This document shows, piece by piece, positions 1 to 10,240 of a stretch of 64,000 nt of DNA. Source of the DNA: an uncultured Rivularia sp. (lineage in GTDB: Bacteria > Cyanobacteriota > Cyanobacteriia > Cyanobacteriales > Nostocaceae). The stretch is from positions 1,728,001 through 1,792,000 of the forward strand of contig OY762007.1 in the NCBI GenBank assembly GCA_963665115.1. Reading direction: 5' to 3'. The translations under genes were made by a program, and so were the position numbers. Every line of letters begins with the position of its first letter. The first letter of the stretch is position 1. A model generated the notes under the pieces. That model did not search any database. It was not told the DNA's origin and was given only the letters and a program-made list of their open reading frames with translations.

Positions 1-2410
1 AATACTTAACTCGCATTTTCGGATTAGATGAACCGTTAGTCCATAAAGTAATTTCTTGCGTTTGTGGATTCCAGCTTACTGTATTTAACTTCCCTGCTAC
101 CGTTGTTTTATCCTGAGTTGAAAGAAAAGCATGAATAATTGGTGCAACTTCCAATGTACGATTAGCTTGAACTTGTTGTACTAATAAAAACTTATTTTCG
201 GAAGGCTCATTTTGTTGGATTATACTCCACTCTTGGGGATACTCTACCGTACTCGCATCAATTACAACTTTTGCTGCTGAAGGTGGAGCAGCGGTAATTT
301 TACCTTTGACGGTGTAACCCTGTATCAGAATATTATGAGCTTTCAATACTGCTGTAAGTTTCTCAAATGATTCGGGTTTTAATTCTCCCAACTTCTTGTC
401 TTTAATCATTGCAATTCCGATATTTGGTTTCTGAGAATTTTTACTAGGTTTAACGGAAATAGTAACAGTAGCTTGATAACTCTGTTTGTTCCAATCCACA
501 TCAGCGAAAGCTCCTGATTTTAATTTATTTACCTCGATTGAATTGCCTTTTGTTGTAGTAATAATTACCTGCTGTGCTTTTGCTAATCCTTCGGAAACTT
601 GTTCGGATGTAATAGTATTATTTAATTCTGACTCCTGTGCTGGAATTAAGTAATCCTGAAAAGCATTTTTTGAACTTTGATTTTCATAATTTAAACGACG
701 ATTATATTCGCTAAAATCATTTAATAACTCTCGTAAATGTTCCGCTTCTTTGGGCAAATTATCAGAAGCACATCGAGCAAGATTAGCTGATAAATTTGCT
801 AAAAATGTTCTTTGTTCGTTGGCAGGAATTTGACTACACTCCGATTCAATTGCAATTGCTTTCATCGCTAAGTTAGCCACAATCCCAATGTTGTCATGAG
901 CAGCTTCCAAAGCTATCTTCTCAAAACTTCCACAGTAAGCTGCTTTTTGAGGTAAAACACTTTCTGGATAACGGTTTTCTGGTTGAGTTTTGAACTGAAT
1001 TTCCTCAGTTGTGCTGGGAAAATCTTGAGCCAATGCAGTTAAAGGTTTATCACCATCGCAGTCACTATTAAGAGCCGTTGCTGTGCGACGATTGAGTTTA
1101 ATACTACCGGGATGGATTTCTTCTCCTTCTAATAAGCGATTCGTAAGTACTGCCATTACGTTGGTATTACCAACTGGGGGACGATGATATAAAACTTTCG
1201 CACCATTGGGTTTAGTGCGATCGCAAATCTCCCAATCTTTCAAGCGGTTGCAAGTCATCAGCATTGATGACTGAAATTTGATAATTCTTCCAGTAGCACA
1301 ATCTCTATATTGTTCTTGAAGATGTTCTGAAAGAAAATTAATAACCTTTGGTGTTTCGATAATTTGCAGATGTCCTTCTAAATCAGCTTTGAGAAGTTGA
1401 TACATTAATTCAGTATCGTTATCTCCAAAAGCTTCGTTAATCACATCTCCAAAATCATCCAAATCAAAATCATGTATTAGCTTACTTCCGGTTTCTCTTT
1501 TAAAATCACCTGCGAGTCTTCTTTCCACCGTTTGAATATAATCTAGTGCAACCTTACGCGGGTCATTCGCAATACTATCTAATTGTGCTAAACGCTCTTG
1601 TACCCTGGGTAAAGCATCATTTTTTGCACCTTCAGACAATCCTACCCAATACTGAGCGCCCGTTGCAGCTTCTACGGTGCGAGCATTTTCGCGATTACCA
1701 ATACCGATTGTAAGAGTGTATTCTCCCGGTTCCACTTCTGTTTGTCGATTAATTCGTATCCCGGTTTTCTCATTGTAGAGTTTATTTTTGCGTCCCTTAC
1801 CCAATTGAGATTTAGAAAGCACCAAATCATAACCGCTTCCGATACTAGAAAGATTAACTGGTGCTAAAGTACCTTTTATTGTTTGGTTAGCGTTGATTCC
1901 CTCCTGGGACTTAATAATTCCTCTTACCTGGAACTGAGCAGAAGGAATATTACCTAACTTTTCGTGCAATTTATGGTCAATCCGTCCATCTCCATCTCCC
2001 ACAAGTAACAAAGCCTGTTCTTCTGGTAAAACCCCACCACACTTCCCAGTTTCATCATCTACAATCAACACTTTAATATCTTCGACTTCAGCAAAATACT
2101 CGCATTCGCCAAATAGTAAAGAACCATATGCAGAACCGAAATGTGGCTCGTCAAAAATTTGTAACCGTAATCCTGGTTTATCGGAGAAATATAATCGGTC
2201 TTTTTTGGAAAACTGAAGATACTTATCCTGATGTTTCGTTAAATCATCCTCAGTTGAAATTCCAGGATAAACAATGCCGATACTCCACTTAACATCATTA
2301 CCATAAAGATACTCCGCAGCAGTATTTTCCAAAGTCTCGATTAAAGGTTTACCATCAACTTCGATGGGTTTACCTGTTTTGGTACAGAAATATTCTAGAG
2401 CTATTGACAT
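1..2410 (-). CDS. Single-subunit two-barrel (double-psi beta-barrel) RNA polymerase-like protein, cellular RdRP/YonO-like; 3'-partial, at least 803 aa
   Basis: Translated by hand, open from ATG 2410 (SD GAGG upstream) to the window edge. Ordered motifs: VGDGDGRI (aa ~137-144), PSAQFQVRG, IKGTL, LSKSQLGK, VLYHRPP, NSDCDGD (nt 1049-1069), DNIGIVAN. Confidence 0.85.
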   Translation of the reverse strand, partial: MSIALEYFCTKTGKPIEVDGKPLIETLENTAAEYLYGNDVKWSIGIVYPGISTEDDLTKHQDKYLQFSKKDRLYFSDKPGLRLQIFDEPHFGSAYGSLLFGECEYFAEVEDIKVLIVDDETGKCGGVLPEEQALLLVGDGDGRIDHKLHEKLGNIPSAQFQVRGIIKSQEGINANQTIKGTLAPVNLSSIGSGYDLVLSKSQLGKGRKNKLYNEKTGIRINRQTEVEPGEYTLTIGIGNRENARTVEAATGAQYWVGLSEGAKNDALPRVQERLAQLDSIANDPRKVALDYIQTVERRLAGDFKRETGSKLIHDFDLDDFGDVINEAFGDNDTELMYQLLKADLEGHLQIIETPKVINFLSEHLQEQYRDCATGRIIKFQSSMLMTCNRLKDWEICDRTKPNGAKVLYHRPPVGNTNVMAVLTNRLLEGEEIHPGSIKLNRRTATALNSDCDGDKPLTALAQDFPSTTEEIQFKTQPENRYPESVLPQKAAYCGSFEKIALEAAHDNIGIVANLAMKAIAIESECSQIPANEQRTFLANLSANLARCASDNLPKEAEHLRELLNDFSEYNRRLNYENQSSKNAFQDYLIPAQESELNNTITSEQVSEGLAKAQQVIITTTKGNSIEVNKLKSGAFADVDWNKQSYQATVTISVKPSKNSQKPNIGIAMIKDKKLGELKPESFEKLTAVLKAHNILIQGYTVKGKITAAPPSAAKVVIDASTVEYPQEWSIIQQNEPSENKFLLVQQVQANRTLEVAPIIHAFLSTQDKTTVAGKLNTVSWNPQTQEITLWTNGSSNPKMRVKY

Positions 2411-2462
2411 TAACTAAACCTCTGCTGGCTGCTCCCTACCCCCTGCCTCATATTACGGTTCT

Positions 2463-2802
2463 TGTAAGCAAACAATAAAGTTGTAAACTGGCAGGCATCC
2501 TAAAGCCTTGATATTACGTTGACATTTACAATTTTACTCAAAATAAAGTTGTAAACTGTTTGGGTGTAAAACTGTTGGTTAATAAGAAACCGTAAACAAT
2601 AAAGTTTATTACTGTCACATTAATTATTAGCTCAAAACCAGAAGAGTTTTTACTAAAAAACGGTTAACAAGTCTCAAAAGTTATAGTTCAAGATTCTTTC
2701 TCCAAATCAAATCCCGATTCCTATATGTGACAGTTAGTTTATGACTTTACGACCTAGTTTACGAGTTTACGTCTTAGTAATAAACTTTATTGTTTGGGTT
2801 CA
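2463..2802. mobile_element. Miniature non-autonomous Tn7-like element (both ends, no genes)
   Basis: Left end TGTAAGCAAACAATAAAGTTGTAAACT with spaced TnsB-like sites at 2470, 2538 and 2594. Right end (reverse complement) TGAACCCAAACAATAAAGTTTATTACT with three contiguous 20-bp sites at 2736-2795. No 5-bp TSD. Confidence 0.7.
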
Positions 2803-3525
2803 ATCTACGAACTTACGCTTTGTCGGTGGAGTAGCCCAAATAACACAATGTCCAGACTTTGCTTTACGTCCGTACTGGGATAAAATCACACCCAATCTTT
2901 GAGCATCTTTGACGCATTCCCCGTTGTCCAAATAACCTCTGTTCCAATCAATCAAATTTCTAGCAAATTTTCCTTCCTTAGAAATCGCCCATTTCATTGC
3001 TTCCAACTCATCCCAGGTCAAAGTACTTGATTGCACCTTTGTATATCCACCACTTATCATCCCAGCAATCCAGGGAGGCGTTAAAATTCCCATGATTGCA
3101 CCGACTCCCAGGGTGAAAAATAATAATAAACTTGCCGGAAGTACAGAAGTTAAAAGTTTTCGGCTTTCTGTAAACTGTGCTTTGCGAATCAGAGCGTGAG
3201 CGGCTCTATCAATAGCAACTTTCTGACGTAATACCGTAACTTTTTCCACTTCTTGCAAGTTGCGAGCCAAATCTTGATTCCAGGTTTCAAACAACAGTTG
3301 CAAAACGGACGGCGCATTTGTCAACATTGCTTCTAATTGTCCGGTAGCTACCAAAATTAGAAACAAAGGGTCATCTTGAGATAAACCACAGCTTACAGCA
3401 AAACTCAATACCTGCTTTTTAAACTCTTCGCTTTTACCATTTAGAGCTTCAGCCAAAAACTTATTAACTTGGTCATTTTCTTCCCGATTTGAGTTTTTAT
3501 CGCTGGGAGCAACTTCCTGTGTCAT
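2800..3525 (-). CDS. Membrane-anchored mobilisation-associated hypothetical protein (DUF6753-like, tentative)
   Basis: 241 aa, DDPLF motif, one TM segment, overlaps the stop of the upstream P-loop gene. Confidence 0.55.
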   Translation of the reverse strand: MTQEVAPSDKNSNREENDQVNKFLAEALNGKSEEFKKQVLSFAVSCGLSQDDPLFLILVATGQLEAMLTNAPSVLQLLFETWNQDLARNLQEVEKVTVLRQKVAIDRAAHALIRKAQFTESRKLLTSVLPASLLLFFTLGVGAIMGILTPPWIAGMISGGYTKVQSSTLTWDELEAMKWAISKEGKFARNLIDWNRGYLDNGECVKDAQRLGVILSQYGRKAKSGHCVIWATPPTKRKFVD

Positions 3526-4553
3526 TTAACCAATCCCGTTTCGGCGAACGCTGTATGAACTTCTGCAAGAAAATTCTTGACTCGCTGTCTCGATATCACC
3601 TTTATTTCAGGATGAGAGAGCGCACTATTAAAAGTAATCCCTAATCGATCAATCACATTTCGTTCCCAGAATGGAAACTTGGGGAAATTCATCTCTTTAA
3701 ATTTATGATTCTCTTTAGCAGTGAGAAAATCTGGCATTTCATCTACATAATCCCACTCCGAGCATAATCCCAAATTTTTCACAAATACATGAGTTACTCT
3801 ATCTCCCAAATCATTCAGAGATTTGATAAAGAAATCAACAGAATCTACACCTCCCGTACATACAAACCATTTCACAAAAGTAATTTGATATTCCTTACCT
3901 ATCTCATCCAAATCATTTGTTTTTATCCAGTCAGTCACCTTTGAATAAACTTGAGCGGGTAAATTGACAATCACTGATTTTTCAAATGCTAAATCAAAAA
4001 TGTGGTCGGCTTGATTGGCTTTTTTATCATCATCGCTAAAGAAAGCAGAATGTACGTTATCATAAATCTGAGAAATATCTTCGTTGCTTTTATCTGCATC
4101 AACAATTGCTACTTTATGCTTTATTGAAGCGCAATATTCTATTAATGCTCTACTAACAAATGACTTGCCCGCGCCTCCTTTTTCACCGTCTATGATATGA
4201 ATAGTTGTGGGAATTTTGACTAATTTTTCTTGATTGCTAGCAGTATTATTTGTGTTAGTAGGTATTGGAGCGGTAGTTACAGGTTTATCTTCATCTGTAT
4301 TTGATTGTAATAATTCTGTATGGGGTAAACTTGAATCACCCTCTAATTCTTTTGCCCAATCTTGAGCAGAAGTTTCACTAGATGAATTCATCCCATTTTT
4401 AGTATTTGAATTTTCAGGAGCAGAATATTTTTCTTGCATGGTTATAGATGTACCTTGTGAGTTATTATTTGAAGCACTAGAAAAATTAGTGTTTTTCTTT
4501 GGTCTACCTCTCTTTCTTTTTTCTGGTTGTTGATTTTCTGCTGTATCGCTCAT
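3522..4553 (-). CDS. ParA/MinD-like (MobD-like) P-loop ATPase with a disordered N-terminus
   Basis: Deviant Walker A DGEKGGAGKS, VDAD, VNLPA. Confidence 0.75.
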   Translation of the reverse strand: MSDTAENQQPEKRKRGRPKKNTNFSSASNNNSQGTSITMQEKYSAPENSNTKNGMNSSSETSAQDWAKELEGDSSLPHTELLQSNTDEDKPVTTAPIPTNTNNTASNQEKLVKIPTTIHIIDGEKGGAGKSFVSRALIEYCASIKHKVAIVDADKSNEDISQIYDNVHSAFFSDDDKKANQADHIFDLAFEKSVIVNLPAQVYSKVTDWIKTNDLDEIGKEYQITFVKWFVCTGGVDSVDFFIKSLNDLGDRVTHVFVKNLGLCSEWDYVDEMPDFLTAKENHKFKEMNFPKFPFWERNVIDRLGITFNSALSHPEIKVISRQRVKNFLAEVHTAFAETGLVK

Positions 4554-4583
4554 TTGATAAACCTCTGCTTAAGTAACAACAAT

Positions 4584-5024
4584 TTATTCAGAAAACGAAC
4601 CCAGACTTCCCCATTCCCCATTCCCTACTTCCACTTCTAACTGTCCGACAAGCTTTGTTTCATTTTTATAAGAAATATTAGAACTGTTTTCAGCTTTAAC
4701 TTCATTTGATTTATTAGTTTGAGCTAAATTCCCATCACTCATAAGTAAGTTATAGAACCGCTCTAATCCTAAAGATGAGCAAATATAATCAGCGTGAAGC
4801 AATAACTCCCTAACCGCATCTCTACCTAATTGTTGTTTAATATTCAAAGGAGTTACATCATCTTCAAGTAACACTAAAGGCAACCAGTAAGGACGAATTG
4901 CCTGCATTATCAAAGCATTAGCAGAATTCAATTGGTAATGTCTCAGATAATTTAAAACTTTTTCTTCTGGAGTTCCGACAAAAGGTTGAAATCTGATGCT
5001 GTAGTCAACTCTTCGTTTCTTCAA
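4584..5024 (-). CDS. Hypothetical protein, possible ParR-like adaptor
   Basis: 146 aa immediately downstream of parM; assignment by position only. Confidence 0.45.
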   Translation of the reverse strand: MKKRRVDYSIRFQPFVGTPEEKVLNYLRHYQLNSANALIMQAIRPYWLPLVLLEDDVTPLNIKQQLGRDAVRELLLHADYICSSLGLERFYNLLMSDGNLAQTNKSNEVKAENSSNISYKNETKLVGQLEVEVGNGEWGSLGSFSE

Positions 5025-5025
5025 C

Positions 5026-6160
5026 TTATGCTACCTCAGCAACCGAATTTGAACCAGACATGAAATACAAAAACATTCCATAAGCATCTGTAAGTCTCGT
5101 TCCTAATTTGTACGTATCTACAGCATCGGGAACCACAACCCCACCGTGCCAAATGCAAGGTGTAGCAGAATAACGAGAATTGAGTTCTTTCTTCAAATAA
5201 TCTGCTGTACCTCCACAAAATACTATTTCGTCAATATCGCGAGGAACTACATTGCTTAACCAGGATATTAGCGTTGCGATATAAAGATTTCTCGCTTCTT
5301 TTATTGCCGTTACCAGTGCTGCTACTTCCTCATTGCGAGCTGCAACCGTAGTGCTACGAGTTAACTTATACAAAGGGACTAGGGCTGATATCGTACCCGC
5401 TCGCAACTATAGCTCTACATAAATCAGATTCAGATAATCCACTGGTTTTAGTCATAACGGTTTCTATCATCCGCACCATACCTAAATCCGAAGTTTTACC
5501 GCTGTCTAATGCTCCCCGATAGCTTACCAAAACTGAAGCATTGCGATATCCAATCATGATTATTGCGCTTTTGCGTTGCCCAATCTCTACCCCTACTCGT
5601 TTTGAATGAAGTAGAAATACTCCCGCACCTTCTGGATAACAATTAAATCGTCCCAACTCCAGTGACATATCTCCTGAAGGGGTTTCAAAGTTTTTGAGAA
5701 GGGAGCGCAGAATATTTTCAAATTTCTTTCTGGATTCATATTCATTAGCTGGAAGCAATACACACAAATCGAATTTGAAACAATTGCTCAACTTCAGCTT
5801 TTGCGCTAAAACCCAAACACTTGCCAAAGCTTTGTATAAACCTCGTTCGTACTTAAGCTCTTTCAATCCAGCATTTGCATAAAAGCGCGATGCAGCTAAG
5901 TATCCAACCGCTGCATACTTTCCTCCAAATCCCACCCAAGCAGCATTTGTAGGTTCGCATACTCCTAAATTATTTTGTAATAAGTCATCAATAGCAGCTT
6001 TGGGTACTGCAATTACTTCCGGTTCCATAAATAAACTCCCAATTTTACCGTCAGTGCTTGTATAAATTGCTTTCAAACCGCTACCACCAATATCAGCCGC
6101 GAGAGTTAATTGAACCGGAGTACTATTTTTTTGTTCTGTTTTTCGATTATTTTTACCCAT
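5026..6160 (-). CDS. parM: ParM/StbA actin-like segregation ATPase, split by a frameshift near 5385
   Basis: ADIGGS, YPEGAG and IGYRN in 5366..6160; FCGGTA in 5026..5406; the two ORFs overlap. Confidence 0.8.
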
Positions 6161-7102
6161 GTTTTATGAAAAATAAATTGCAAGTAAATTTCGAGGATGA
6201 ATTGAGTAAGTTGTAAGGAATAAATGAGGGATTCATAATTTTATCTAATACCCTTTTTCGGATAAATTACCTCCTATATTCCTCACCAAATCCTCATTAC
6301 ATAGTTTTTGTTAATCACTTCCTTACAACATCGTTATAGCAATACTTTGAGTTTTTAATTAGCCACATTTTGAGGGCTGAATTCAGCGTAATTCGGCTGC
6401 AATTAAATAACCAAATTACCCACCTGTGTTTACTGCGCTCCGAAAATATTCCAGCCTGTTGATAAGTTCATTTGTAAACACACTACACATTTTTTTATTT
6501 GCGGCTTGAATAATTATTGCGTTGAAATTAAACCCCAGTTTTCGTTCAATAAATTTCTTTCAAGCGTCTTACTAGAATGGGTATTAACAATGCTTATCAC
6601 TCTAAATAACAAATCAAGTGAGATTGATTCGTAGTTAGCAATTTTAATTTTCAACATTTTTAATTCTTGATAACTTTAACAATCTTTCTATTTAGTAACG
6701 AATGAGGGGTAGAAGCGGCAATCTAGCAATAGGAAGATTCTTTTTTCTCGAATTTACAGCAAAATTCTATCGTATTAAAATTTATTTTTGATTTAAATAG
6801 AAGAAATATTTAATAAAATACTGTAGCTATTGCTATGAATAAATCTCAAGCATATAAAGGAGGAAAATATGGCTGTGTATAATTACATTAATTTAAAACA
6901 GTGAATGCTAAAAATAGTACATAAGCGTTACTTTTAAATGAGCCAAACCAAGAGTAAATACATAGAGTATATGTAATTTATAAATGTAGTTTTCAATTCA
7001 TACGTAAGGTGAAAATCTTGTTTTAAGGGTAAAATTTAGTGGCATCTACTGCGTAAATTCAAAAACTTTGCTTCCGAATAACGTATTATTTTATGAGGTG
7101 AC

Positions 7103-7738
7103 ATGATGTTTGCTGTTGTCACGCCCAAAGAAATTCATTTACCCCCTGGAACGGTTTTAAAATTACCTGGTAGTTGGGATGAGTATCAATCCCTATCCGC
7201 ACAACTAGGGGACCGTTCTTCTCCTCGCATCAAATATCGACCTGGAGAAATTCTGTTGATGGCACCGCTACCAGAACACGGACGCAAAGCTAGCTTAATT
7301 GCTGATGTGGTTAAAGTTTTGCTCGATTATTTAGAGCAGGAATACGAGTCATTTACCCCAATTACAATGCAATTATCTTCCATAAGTGGTATCGAGCGGG
7401 ATTACTGCTTTTATATTGATAATTGGATGGCGATCGCCGGAAAAGATAGAATTGATTGGAGTGTTGAACCACCTCCGGATTTAGCAATCGAAGTAGACGT
7501 AACAAGTTACACGGATATAAACGATTATCTACCTTACCGCGTTCCGGAAGTTTGCTTGTTTAAAAAGAACCAGCTAAAAATTTACGGTTTGGAAGATGAT
7601 GAATATGTCAAAAAAACTAACAGTCGTTATTTCCCAGATATCAATATTTTAGAAATTGTCAATGAATGTTTCCGAATAGCTTACGAGCGAAATACTAGCG
7701 CTGCAATTCGAGATTTGAGACGCAAATTAAATTCATAA
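7103..7738 (+). CDS. Uma2 (DUF820) family endonuclease-fold protein
   Basis: MAPLPEH, D-x-CFY and PPDLAIEVD motifs. Confidence 0.9.
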   Translation: MMFAVVTPKEIHLPPGTVLKLPGSWDEYQSLSAQLGDRSSPRIKYRPGEILLMAPLPEHGRKASLIADVVKVLLDYLEQEYESFTPITMQLSSISGIERDYCFYIDNWMAIAGKDRIDWSVEPPPDLAIEVDVTSYTDINDYLPYRVPEVCLFKKNQLKIYGLEDDEYVKKTNSRYFPDINILEIVNECFRIAYERNTSAAIRDLRRKLNS

Positions 7739-7762
7739 GAAGATAAAAACTAACGAAAAGCG

Positions 7763-9382
7763 ATGATACCGCTAGCCGTCTGTAAAATCCAGAAAATCAA
7801 AAGCTGGGGAATGCTCAAGGGTAATGAAGCTCATACCGCACGAGAAAGAGATACCCCCAATGCAAACCCAGAAGTAACCAATATACGAATTATTGGTGAT
7901 TCTTCCAATTTAGATTTAGCAACTTTAGTAAGACATGCAATCGGTTCGCAGAAAATCCGCTCAAATGCTGTTCTTGCAGTAGAAATGTTGCTCAGTGCAA
8001 GTGCTTCCTATTTCCGTCCCAATGCACCTCAAGAAGCAGGAGCTTATGACAAACAGCGTTTAGATAATTTTGTAGAAGCAACAGTTAATTGGTTACATTC
8101 TTCTTGGGAAGAACGAGTAGTTAGAGCAGAGTTACATCTTGACGAAATTACACCTCATATTCACGCTTACATTGTGCCGTTAGACGAGAGAGGTAAACTC
8201 AACTGTCGGGCATTGTTTGGTGGAAAAATTAAACTATCAGAATTGCAAGATAGTTTCGGAAGGGCTGTTGAACATCTAGGTATCTCTCGCGGGATTAAAG
8301 GCAGCAAAGCGACTTACACCACGCTCAAAAAATACTATGCTGCCGTTAATCAAGATTCCCAACTTATAAATTTAGAACGCTTTCTTCCTAAAGTTAAGAT
8401 GTCTGAATCTAGTGAGGAATACCGACAGCGAATAATTCAAATTTTGAATCCTGAGTTTGAAATAATTAATTACCAACTCAATCAACGCTCGCATTTGCTC
8501 AATAAATTTAATGAGTTAAAGCGAACTGCAACACACAGCGAAAAACTTCGCCAAGAATTAGAGTCAGAATTACAAATCCTTAAAACAACTATTAAACGTG
8601 AAGAATTGCCTTTAGGCTTGGTTGCTTACGAATTAGGGATGAATCTAGATAATCAATGGTTATCAAAAACTAACGCTATTGACTTAGTGATGCGAGTCAA
8701 TCAGTGCAAATTTGATGATGCACTTATCTGGTTGCGAGATAAATTTGGAAAGGAACAAATGCTAGCTGCGGTAACTAATCAAGTAGCTAGTAGAGCCTTG
8801 AACATTGCATATCAACATCCTACAAAAGTTTTCGTACCACCAGTACCCGATAAAAGTCTTTGGAAAGAAGTTGAGAAATATTTCCAAAACCATTATTGTA
8901 TTCCCCACAAATTGACACAAACGCTCAATCAGCGAACTTTGCTATATGCAGATAGCAATAATAATGCAGTATTCCTAGCACGAAATCTTTCTTTTGAAAT
9001 TACCGGAGCTTACCTACACTCATTAAAAACCACCGCGAATACTTTCAGTTTATATCCTGGAAGTCAACGTTCTGGTGGTTGGTTTCATCTGAGCATGGGA
9101 AGAACCTCAAATAATCCTATAACAGCAGCAATCTTAACTGCTTCACCAATTGAATCATTGTCTCTAGCAATATTAAACGCTCCTCATACAAATAGAACTC
9201 TTTATTTGTCCATTGACAAGATTCATTCAAATAGTCTTCCAGAGCAGCACATTCCTATACCTGTGCAATTTTTGAAGACTGTACCAAATGTAGCTATTGC
9301 TATCCCCGATAAAAATGTAGCAGCCATTCAAAAGCTTTTACCTCATTCAACCAAATTACAGCCAAGAAACTACTTGGAATAA
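7763..9382 (+). CDS. mobV: MobV/Pre family relaxase with C-terminal extension
   Basis: H-x-x-R near the N-terminus, TPNA, RSNAVLAVE, HLDEITPHIH HUH motif, LQD. Confidence 0.9.
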   Translation: MIPLAVCKIQKIKSWGMLKGNEAHTARERDTPNANPEVTNIRIIGDSSNLDLATLVRHAIGSQKIRSNAVLAVEMLLSASASYFRPNAPQEAGAYDKQRLDNFVEATVNWLHSSWEERVVRAELHLDEITPHIHAYIVPLDERGKLNCRALFGGKIKLSELQDSFGRAVEHLGISRGIKGSKATYTTLKKYYAAVNQDSQLINLERFLPKVKMSESSEEYRQRIIQILNPEFEIINYQLNQRSHLLNKFNELKRTATHSEKLRQELESELQILKTTIKREELPLGLVAYELGMNLDNQWLSKTNAIDLVMRVNQCKFDDALIWLRDKFGKEQMLAAVTNQVASRALNIAYQHPTKVFVPPVPDKSLWKEVEKYFQNHYCIPHKLTQTLNQRTLLYADSNNNAVFLARNLSFEITGAYLHSLKTTANTFSLYPGSQRSGGWFHLSMGRTSNNPITAAILTASPIESLSLAILNAPHTNRTLYLSIDKIHSNSLPEQHIPIPVQFLKTVPNVAIAIPDKNVAAIQKLLPHSTKLQPRNYLE

Positions 9383-9414
9383 AGAGCTACAACAACGTCA
9401 AGGAGTTAAAAACT

Positions 9415-9894
9415 ATGCCACGTTGGAATAGAGAACGTAATGAAATGACAATATTGTCATTCTTGATGAGCAATAATCCCTTATCCTACATATTAGGATT
9501 TGCTTTGTTAGGAGTGATAATAGGTGTTGACCTTTGGTTCAAATCGGTAACGGAGAATTTTCAAAAACCCGAGAATAAGAAGCAACCTGAAACAGCACAA
9601 GAATATGTTGAACGGGGTTATGAACTGATGAATGAAATATCACCATTTCAACAAAATAAAAATGCACAGCATCTAGCTAATTGCAAGAACGCACAAAAAT
9701 CGTTTAAAAAAGCAATTTCTCTTGATTCTGACATCGCTTTAGGCTACCAAGGGCAAGGTATGAGTCTAATTTGCCAGAAAAATATCGCAGAAGGCAAAAA
9801 ATCTATTCGCCATGCTAAAACACTTTATTTACAGCAAGGTAAAAAGCAAGAAGCTAAAAATATAGATTTAATTTTGAAATACACTAATAATTGA
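9415..9894 (+). CDS. Membrane-anchored TPR-like protein
   Basis: N-terminal TM segment; helical repeats such as AQEYVERG and FKKAISLD. Confidence 0.6.
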   Translation: MPRWNRERNEMTILSFLMSNNPLSYILGFALLGVIIGVDLWFKSVTENFQKPENKKQPETAQEYVERGYELMNEISPFQQNKNAQHLANCKNAQKSFKKAISLDSDIALGYQGQGMSLICQKNIAEGKKSIRHAKTLYLQQGKKQEAKNIDLILKYTNN

Positions 9895-9908
9895 GGTTTT
9901 ACTATATT

Positions 9909-9962
9909 AACGGTCGATAGCTATTGAAGGGATTAATAGTTATTGACCGTTGTTTTGTCTTT
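9909..9962 (+). terminator. Probable intrinsic terminator
   Basis: AACGGTCgATAgCTATT / AATAGtTATtGACCGTT hairpin followed by a T-rich tract after the TPR gene. Confidence 0.5.
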
Positions 9963-10240
9963 TATCACATCAAATGTGTGTCAAAATAGGTCAAAAAATA
10001 TTTATTTTGAAAGTAAAAATATAAATAATAAATCGAAGTGTAATATTTAAACATTTATGTAGTATTGGTTTATTCATATTAACTTAAGCTACAGTTAAGT
10101 CAGTGTTTAATAGCATATCAAAAGCTAATTTTTTCTGATTCGTGTTGCTGACAACGACAAATATAAAATCAACAAAATTTGAAATAATATAAACGGGTGT
10201 ATCTACTAAGAAACAGTAAGAGAGGATAACAATCTAGTTA

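Noticed and set aside
6160..7100. Defined oriT or parC array
   Set aside because: Only scattered short TGAGG-type repeats; no convincing nick site or periodic array identified by eye
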